In this document: one piece after another, positions 57,704 through 64,000 of the stretch
Layout of the letters: each line of letters begins with the position of its first letter
Position numbering within the stretch: position 1 is the stretch's first letter
Source: a bacterium
GTDB lineage: Bacteria > SAR324 > NAC60-12
NCBI GenBank assembly: GCA_965205865.1
Contig: CBDBHR010000029.1
Span: 224,001 to 288,000 of the forward strand
Direction: 5' to 3'
DNA length: 64,000 nt
The notes under the pieces: model-generated
Told to the model about the DNA's origin: nothing
Seen by the model: only the letters and a program-made list of their open reading frames with translations
Database searches by the model: none
Made by a program: the position numbers and the translations under genes

Positions 57704-60211
57704 ATGGATCATGATCTGAATTCACTGCTGGAAAATGCAGTTTCCGGCAAAATGTTGAGCGATACGGAAGGAATACAACTATCTTTTGCTGTGCTGTCCC
57801 CGCTCTTACTCGAAACCGCAACGGCGTTGAGAGACCAAAAACACCACGATCAAGTTTCCTATTCACGCAAGGTTTTCATCCCTCTCACCCATTTGTGCCG
57901 CGATTTTTGCCATTATTGTACATTTGCCCAAAAACCCCGAAATGTGAAATCTCCCTACCTCACTCCCGAGGAAGTTCTCAAAATTGCGGAAGATGGAAGA
58001 GAGGCAGGATGCAAAGAAGCGCTTTTCACTCTGGGAGACAAACCGGAACTCCAATACAAGGCGGCACGAGACGGTTTGGCAAATCTGGGACACGAAACCA
58101 CGCTTTCCTACCTCGCGGATATGGCGGAAATGGTTTTTAAGGAAACCGGTTTGTTACCACATTTGAATCCCGGATTGATGAATGTCGAAGATCTGGCAAG
58201 CTTGAGACGTTGCTCCGTTTCCATGGGAATCATGCTTGAAACTTCTTCAAATCGTCTCGGTAAAAAGGGGGGGCCTCACTATGGCTCTCCCGACAAAATT
58301 CCTGCCCGACGTCTCGAAACCATTCGCTTGGCGGGAGAAGCAGCCATACCTTTTACTTCCGGGATCCTGATCGGGATTGGGGAAACCCGGCAAGAACGTA
58401 TTGAATCACTACTGGTATTGAGAAATCTGCATCGGAAATATGGGCATATCCAGGAAATTATTATCCAGAATTTTCGTGCCAAACCCAACACCAGAATGGC
58501 TCAGGCTCCTGAACCTGATTTGTCGGATATGCTTTGGACTCTGGCGGTGGCGAGAATCCTATTTGGCGCGGAAATGAACATCCAGGCCCCACCCAATTTG
58601 AATCCCGGAGCGCTCCCGCAAATCATTGGGGCAGGCATCAATGATTGGGGAGGCGTATCCCCGGTGACCCCGGACTTCGTTAATCCGGAAGCCCCTTGGC
58701 CTCATTTGAAGACCTTGGAGAATGAAACGCTTCAAGCCGGGAAAATTTTATTGGAGCGTCTTGCTATTTATCCCGAATACGCGAAAGCTGCGGAGCAATG
58801 GCTGGATCCTGAATTGATTGCTCCCGTATTGCAAATGAGTGACGGGCAGGGATTTGCTCGTACTGAAGATTGGTCGGCAGGGGTGGTCGTCGATCCTCCT
58901 CGATACGATCTGGAGCGATTGAAACGGACCATTTTGTCCCCGCCCAATGAACGCGTACAATCCATTCTTGATAAGGCAACTCGTGGAGAGGATTTAACAG
59001 AAATAGAAATCGTCCATCTTTTTCAAGCAAGGAGTTGGGACTTTGCGCATATCTGCAATGCGGCAGACCAACTACGAAAGCAGGTAATGGGAGAGAAAGT
59101 GACTTACGTCGTTAACCGCAATATCAATTACACCAATGTCTGTTATTTTCGCTGTCAGTTTTGCGCCTTTTCCAAGGGAAAGATGAGCGAAAACTTAAGG
59201 GGCCGTCCTTACAATCTGACTTCCGAAGAGATCATGCGCCGAACCCGTGAAGCCTGGGAACGAGGAGCAACGGAGGTTTGCTTACAAGGCGGGATTCACC
59301 CGGAGTATACAGGACAATCCTACCTCGATATCTGTCATGCGATCAAAGAGGCAGTTCCGGAAATTCACATTCATGCATTCTCTCCCTTGGAAGTCTGGCA
59401 GGGAGCGCATACCCTCGGGATTGGTATTGATGAATTTTTAATCCGCCTGCGCGATGCCGGATTGGGAACGTTACCAGGGACGGCTGCGGAAATATTGGAT
59501 GATGAAGTGAGAGCCACTTTGTGCCCCGATAAAATTAAAACCGATCAATGGTTCAAAGTGGTTGAAACGGCACACGATCTGGGAATCAAAACCACCTCCA
59601 CCATCATGTTTGGACACATTGAGAATTATGTCCATTGGGCCCGTCATTTGCTACGGGTGCGAGCCTTGCAGAAACGAACCGGTGGATTTACGGAATTCGT
59701 GCCATTGCCTTTCATTCACATGGAAGCACCGATTTATCTCAAAGGTCGAGCCAGAAAAGGTCCGACATTTCGGGAAGCAGTTTTGATCCACGCCGTGGCT
59801 CGACTGGCATTGCATCCTCACGTCAAAAGTATCCAAGCCTCGTGGACCAAACTGGGGCATAAGGGGGCTCAGATCTGTTTGCGGGCGGGAGTCAATGATT
59901 TGGGAGGGACATTGATGAATGAAACGATCACACGCGCTGCCGGAGCAAGCCATGGCCAAGAGACTTTGCCGCAACGGATGGAAGAATTGATTCGCTCGAT
60001 CGGGCGTATTCCGGAGCAGCGCACCACCGACTATAGCGAGGCGCCATCAGGACAAGTTATTCGCTCCTTCAATGCTCCGGTATTGGAAGAAGCGCTTTAT
60101 GCTTCTGCAAAACGTTTTGAACGTAGAGAGAAAAAGCCTCTTTATCGACCCGGATTGGATGAGGAAACATCGCTACTGCGAACTGAGATCACCAGCGCCG
60201 ATATTGTATAG
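57704..60211 (+). CDS. fbiC: Bifunctional FO synthase (CofG-CofH fusion)
   Basis: Two radical-SAM motifs CRDFCHYC and CYFRCQFC, NDWGGVSP, PGTAAEILDD, NDLGGTLMNE. ATG 57704 follows AGGA. Confidence 0.95.
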   Translation: MDHDLNSLLENAVSGKMLSDTEGIQLSFAVLSPLLLETATALRDQKHHDQVSYSRKVFIPLTHLCRDFCHYCTFAQKPRNVKSPYLTPEEVLKIAEDGREAGCKEALFTLGDKPELQYKAARDGLANLGHETTLSYLADMAEMVFKETGLLPHLNPGLMNVEDLASLRRCSVSMGIMLETSSNRLGKKGGPHYGSPDKIPARRLETIRLAGEAAIPFTSGILIGIGETRQERIESLLVLRNLHRKYGHIQEIIIQNFRAKPNTRMAQAPEPDLSDMLWTLAVARILFGAEMNIQAPPNLNPGALPQIIGAGINDWGGVSPVTPDFVNPEAPWPHLKTLENETLQAGKILLERLAIYPEYAKAAEQWLDPELIAPVLQMSDGQGFARTEDWSAGVVVDPPRYDLERLKRTILSPPNERVQSILDKATRGEDLTEIEIVHLFQARSWDFAHICNAADQLRKQVMGEKVTYVVNRNINYTNVCYFRCQFCAFSKGKMSENLRGRPYNLTSEEIMRRTREAWERGATEVCLQGGIHPEYTGQSYLDICHAIKEAVPEIHIHAFSPLEVWQGAHTLGIGIDEFLIRLRDAGLGTLPGTAAEILDDEVRATLCPDKIKTDQWFKVVETAHDLGIKTTSTIMFGHIENYVHWARHLLRVRALQKRTGGFTEFVPLPFIHMEAPIYLKGRARKGPTFREAVLIHAVARLALHPHVKSIQASWTKLGHKGAQICLRAGVNDLGGTLMNETITRAAGASHGQETLPQRMEELIRSIGRIPEQRTTDYSEAPSGQVIRSFNAPVLEEALYASAKRFERREKKPLYRPGLDEETSLLRTEITSADIV

Positions 60212-60304
60212 TAAGAAGCGGTTTTGGGCTGGCAAAAACATTTTTAAAAAACTGTCCTTATCAATTAACGTAACAACCATCCCCGACTCTTTTTGGAGAT
60301 CAAA

Positions 60305-62662
60305 ATGGAAACACTACGTGTTGCAGGTCTCGAGGCGCCTGTCGACATCTTGACCGATTGTTGGGGCATCGCGCATATCTATGCCGAAAACCAGCACGAC
60401 CTGTTCTTCGCCCAGGGCTTTAACGCAGCCCACGATCGCCTCTTTCAGCTCGAGATCTGGCGGCGGCGCGTGCTGGGACGCATGGCTGAAATTCAGGGTC
60501 CCAAGGCTTTAAAGCGCGACGTTGGCGCCCGGCTGTTGAGTTTCCGCGGTGATTTGGAAAATGAATATGCCTGCTACCACCCGGATGGAAAGACGATCAT
60601 CACCTCTTTCGTAGACGGCGTAAACGCCTATATCCGGCAGGCGCTGGAAGATCCGGATACACTCCCGCTCGAGTTCCGGCTACTCGGTATCACCCCCGAA
60701 CCTTGGACGCCTGAAATTGTATTGGGCCGTATTGGCGGCATCTTTCACAATCTGGAAACCGAAGTGTTGATTGCCAGAGCGCTCAAGACCATGTCGCCCG
60801 ATACGATTCGGATGTTGCTGCACCTCCATCCCGGCCAGCCTGAGGTGAAAGTTCCGGACGGGATCGAGCTCGATGCAATTCCCGACGACGTACTCATGTA
60901 TTATCTGGCCGCGCGAGAGGCTGTCGAATTTTCGCCGGAAGACATCGTGAATCCGAATGATCGAGCTCCGCAGACGCAAACCGACGGCACAGGAAATTCG
61001 AGCGGTTTGAACAAATCCCGAGACGAGGGCAGCAACAACTGGGTCATCAGCGGCGTCAAAACGTTGTCACGACAGCCATTTATGGTCAACGACCCTCACC
61101 GGTTGATCAAGGCGCCGTCGTTGCGGTACTGGGTGCATCTGGTTGCGCCGGGTTGGAACGTGATCGGTGGTGGCGAACCTCATTTACCCGGCGTCTCAAT
61201 CGGACACAACCAATACGGCGCATGGGGGCTCACAATTTTCCCTACCGACTGCGAAGATCTGTATGTCTACCGCACCAATCCCGACAACTCCAACCAATAT
61301 TGGTATCAGGACGGCTGGGAGGAGATGTCTGTCGAGCGCGAAACGATCCCCCTCAAGGACCAAGCTGACGCTGAAGTCGAACTCAAATATACCCGACATG
61401 GCCCGGTATTGGCCGAAGATCGCGAGCGACGGTATGCTTTCGGTCTGCGCGCGGCGTGGCTGGACGTCGGCGGGGCGCCCTATTTGGCCAGCCTTCGCAT
61501 GGACCAAGCCAAGACGTGGCAGGAATTTCGTGACTCCTGCGCCTATTCCCACGCGCCGTCGTTGAACATGGTCTGGGCGGATCTTGCAGGCAATATCGGC
61601 TGGCAGGCGGTCGGGTTTGTGCCACGGAGACCCAATTGGAACGGTCTTACCCCCGTCCCTGGCGACGGTCGCTTTGAGTGGGACGGCTATCTGCCTGTCC
61701 ACGACCTGCCGCACCGCGTCAATCCGACCGAAGGGTTTATTGCGACTGCAAACCAGGAGAATCTCCCCCCCGGTTACAAAGAGCGGATCAGCTTCAACTG
61801 GATCGAGCCTTTCCGTTATGCGCGGATTGTGGAGGTGCTATTCGCTGGAAAGCAGCTGACTGCCCACGACATGATGCAACTACAGAATGACGAGTATTCG
61901 ATCCCGGCACGCGAACTCGTGCCGCTGTTGGAGAATCCGGATTTGCCGGATTCCAACGACACGCTGTTGCAAACGGCGGTCGAACTGTTGCGGAACTGGG
62001 ATTTCGTTTTAGACAAGGCCTCGGTTGGCGCGGGTATCTACGCGGCCTGGCAGCGGCAACTATGGGCGGCGTTTTTGGAAATCCATGTGCCTGAAGAACT
62101 ACGCGAGTCCTTCACCGACATAGTCATAACCCCACTGATTCAGAATCTGCTTGCCCCGGACGGTAGCTTTGGCCCCAATCCGACAATCGGCCGGGATCGT
62201 TTCGTTCGAGAGAGTTTTGCCGCAGCGGTCCAGGATCTCACTGCGCGCTTCGGGCCTAGTCCCGACAAGTGGACGTACGGGCGGATCGACTATCACTCAT
62301 TCACCATCAGACACATGCTGGGCAACGCGGTGAATGCCGAACTGCGCGGTCTACTCGAGGTGGGTCCGTTCCCGCGTGGCGGCGACAGCTTTACCGTCAA
62401 CAAAACTGGTAATGACGACGAGCAAACCGTTGGCGCCTCGTTCCGGCTGATCGCCGACCTCGGTGACTGGGACCGCTGTTTGGGCATCAATACGCCAGGA
62501 CAGGCCGGTGATCCGGCCAACGAGCACTATCGCGACTTGTCCGGCCTGTGGACCGATGGCAAGTATTTCTCGCTGCTGTATTCCCACGATAAAATCGCGG
62601 CGGTCTCAGAACGGAAGACCGTGCTCCCTCAGGAGGTGAAAGTTACCGGGCAACATCGCTAA
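60305..62662 (+). CDS. Penicillin acylase family (Ntn) amidohydrolase
   Basis: WGIAHIYA, FAQGF, DRLFQL, GSNNW (Ser nucleophile), NDPH, TRHGP, ATAN, PGQAG. No signal peptide evident. Confidence 0.92.
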   Translation: METLRVAGLEAPVDILTDCWGIAHIYAENQHDLFFAQGFNAAHDRLFQLEIWRRRVLGRMAEIQGPKALKRDVGARLLSFRGDLENEYACYHPDGKTIITSFVDGVNAYIRQALEDPDTLPLEFRLLGITPEPWTPEIVLGRIGGIFHNLETEVLIARALKTMSPDTIRMLLHLHPGQPEVKVPDGIELDAIPDDVLMYYLAAREAVEFSPEDIVNPNDRAPQTQTDGTGNSSGLNKSRDEGSNNWVISGVKTLSRQPFMVNDPHRLIKAPSLRYWVHLVAPGWNVIGGGEPHLPGVSIGHNQYGAWGLTIFPTDCEDLYVYRTNPDNSNQYWYQDGWEEMSVERETIPLKDQADAEVELKYTRHGPVLAEDRERRYAFGLRAAWLDVGGAPYLASLRMDQAKTWQEFRDSCAYSHAPSLNMVWADLAGNIGWQAVGFVPRRPNWNGLTPVPGDGRFEWDGYLPVHDLPHRVNPTEGFIATANQENLPPGYKERISFNWIEPFRYARIVEVLFAGKQLTAHDMMQLQNDEYSIPARELVPLLENPDLPDSNDTLLQTAVELLRNWDFVLDKASVGAGIYAAWQRQLWAAFLEIHVPEELRESFTDIVITPLIQNLLAPDGSFGPNPTIGRDRFVRESFAAAVQDLTARFGPSPDKWTYGRIDYHSFTIRHMLGNAVNAELRGLLEVGPFPRGGDSFTVNKTGNDDEQTVGASFRLIADLGDWDRCLGINTPGQAGDPANEHYRDLSGLWTDGKYFSLLYSHDKIAAVSERKTVLPQEVKVTGQHR

Positions 62663-63920
62663 CCGCGTCATCCGTCTGTTCGACGGCGAGATGAGCACCC
62701 CGGCTGCTGCGGAAAGCGATTTCACGACCCGGGGCGGGATGGGACGGTATCAACAGGCTCAGCCCCAGTGACACGACGGCCATGGCGGCTCCGATGAGGA
62801 AGACCGCGGTACGTCCCGTCTCGTCCGCCACCCAGATAAGACCCAATATCCACGGCATGGTGACCGCCGCGATGTGGTTGATGGTGAAGGACACCCCCGC
62901 CGTCGAGGCGATGTCCGCCGGATCAGCAATCTTACGGAAGTAGCTCTTGATCGCGATAGCGAGGGCGAAGAAGAGGTGATCGAGGATGTACAGCATGGCA
63001 GCGATCCACGCCGTCTCGACGAAAGCGTAGGCCATGAAGATGCCGATCAGACCGGTGTACTCCAGGATCAACGCAGGTCGCTCACCCCACCTGATGATGA
63101 GCCGGCCCACGCGCGGCGCGAGCCAGATCGCGATAACATGATTGAGCGCGAAGAGCGCTACCACCATCTCCGGACGGTATCCAAACTCGGCGACTATCAG
63201 GAAGGCCGCGAATCCGACGAAGATCTGGCGCCTGCCGCCGGACATGAACTCGAGCGCGTAATAGAGCCCGTAGCGACGGCGCAGGACCACGCTCATCGCC
63301 TGGAAGCTGTCGGCTTTGAATCGCGGAAAGAAAGTCCAACAGAAAAAGCCGAGCCCCATGCTCAGACTCCCCGCGATCAGGTAGACAACCCAATAGGGCG
63401 ACGCCAGGAACTCGAAAGCGGCATAGACGAGACCATAAGCAAGAAGCGAGGCCACCGACGCCGCAGCCGCCATGCGGCCAAGCACCAGCGGCAGCTCCTG
63501 CTTCGTCGACCATTGCATGGAGAGTGACTGCTCCATGGTGGCGAGGAAGTGGAAGCCGATCGACATCAGGAGCGTCGTGAAATAGATACCCCAAACCACA
63601 GGTAGGAGGCCGGTCAGGGCCACGCCGAGCCCCATCAGCGTTAGCGCGAGGATGGTGAAGGTCTGCTGGCGCCAGATCAGCAGCAGGTAGACCACGGTGA
63701 AGGCGAGGAATCCCGGGATCTCGCGCACTGATTCCAAGATCCCTCGTTCCAGACCGGTGAACGCGACTTTCTCCACGGCAAAATTGTTGATGATCACCAT
63801 CCACGGTTCGAAAGCGATGGGGATCGCGGCGGCAAGGATGAGGAGCAGAATTTGTGGACTGCGCCAGCCGTCTTTCAGGACCCCGTGCCAATCAGCATGG
63901 AGTGGGTTCCATCCCACCAT
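62643..63920 (-). CDS. MFS transporter
   Basis: About 12 hydrophobic segments; REIPGFLAF, RRQIF, SFTINHIAA. Confidence 0.85.
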   Translation of the reverse strand: MVGWNPLHADWHGVLKDGWRSPQILLLILAAAIPIAFEPWMVIINNFAVEKVAFTGLERGILESVREIPGFLAFTVVYLLLIWRQQTFTILALTLMGLGVALTGLLPVVWGIYFTTLLMSIGFHFLATMEQSLSMQWSTKQELPLVLGRMAAAASVASLLAYGLVYAAFEFLASPYWVVYLIAGSLSMGLGFFCWTFFPRFKADSFQAMSVVLRRRYGLYYALEFMSGGRRQIFVGFAAFLIVAEFGYRPEMVVALFALNHVIAIWLAPRVGRLIIRWGERPALILEYTGLIGIFMAYAFVETAWIAAMLYILDHLFFALAIAIKSYFRKIADPADIASTAGVSFTINHIAAVTMPWILGLIWVADETGRTAVFLIGAAMAVVSLGLSLLIPSHPAPGREIAFRSSRGAHLAVEQTDDAVSDVAR

Positions 63921-64000
63921 TGTTCTCTATTTCAGTCGGTTTGTTGCATCAACGCGCCAGGCAAAGGCGCCTGGATGTTTGCAGTTTAAAGGCATGCAAG

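Noticed and set aside
62874-63891. Long alternative-frame ORFs inside the MFS gene
   Set aside because: Expected in GC-rich coding DNA; low-complexity Arg/Pro/Gly translations.

Overview
Bacterial chromosomal window (taxon not determinable here). Intact housekeeping and metabolic genes (menC-menB-menF/menD, rarA, FAD-linked hydroxyacid dehydrogenase, thiolase, ilvD, glnB, ybdK-like ligase, fhs, an RRM protein, acyl-CoA dehydrogenase-cofE-cofD-fbiC for F420, a penicillin-acylase-family hydrolase, MFS) alternate with heavily rearranged accessory patches. These patches hold four GC-rich Dpp/Opp-type transporter modules with no ATPase gene, five further short fragments of the same gene family, decayed IS1380, IS200/IS605, Rpn-family and two-gene transposon remnants, several REP/MITE families, and two long direct-repeat pairs bracketing gene cassettes. 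Many fragment junctions sit on short microhomologies. I saw no rRNA, tRNA, CRISPR array or reverse transcriptase. Best leads: (1) an intact XerC/D-like protein missing most catalytic residues including the Tyr nucleophile, head-to-head with glnB; (2) a two-gene nucleotidyltransferase/partner module of TA or Abi type between 334-bp direct repeats; (3) the ATPase-less transporter expansion with fragment shuffling; (4) a chain of MITEs joined at TAATTA; (5) a tandem hairpin+U-tract leader in front of a solute-binding protein. Family calls rest on recalled motifs, not database searches.
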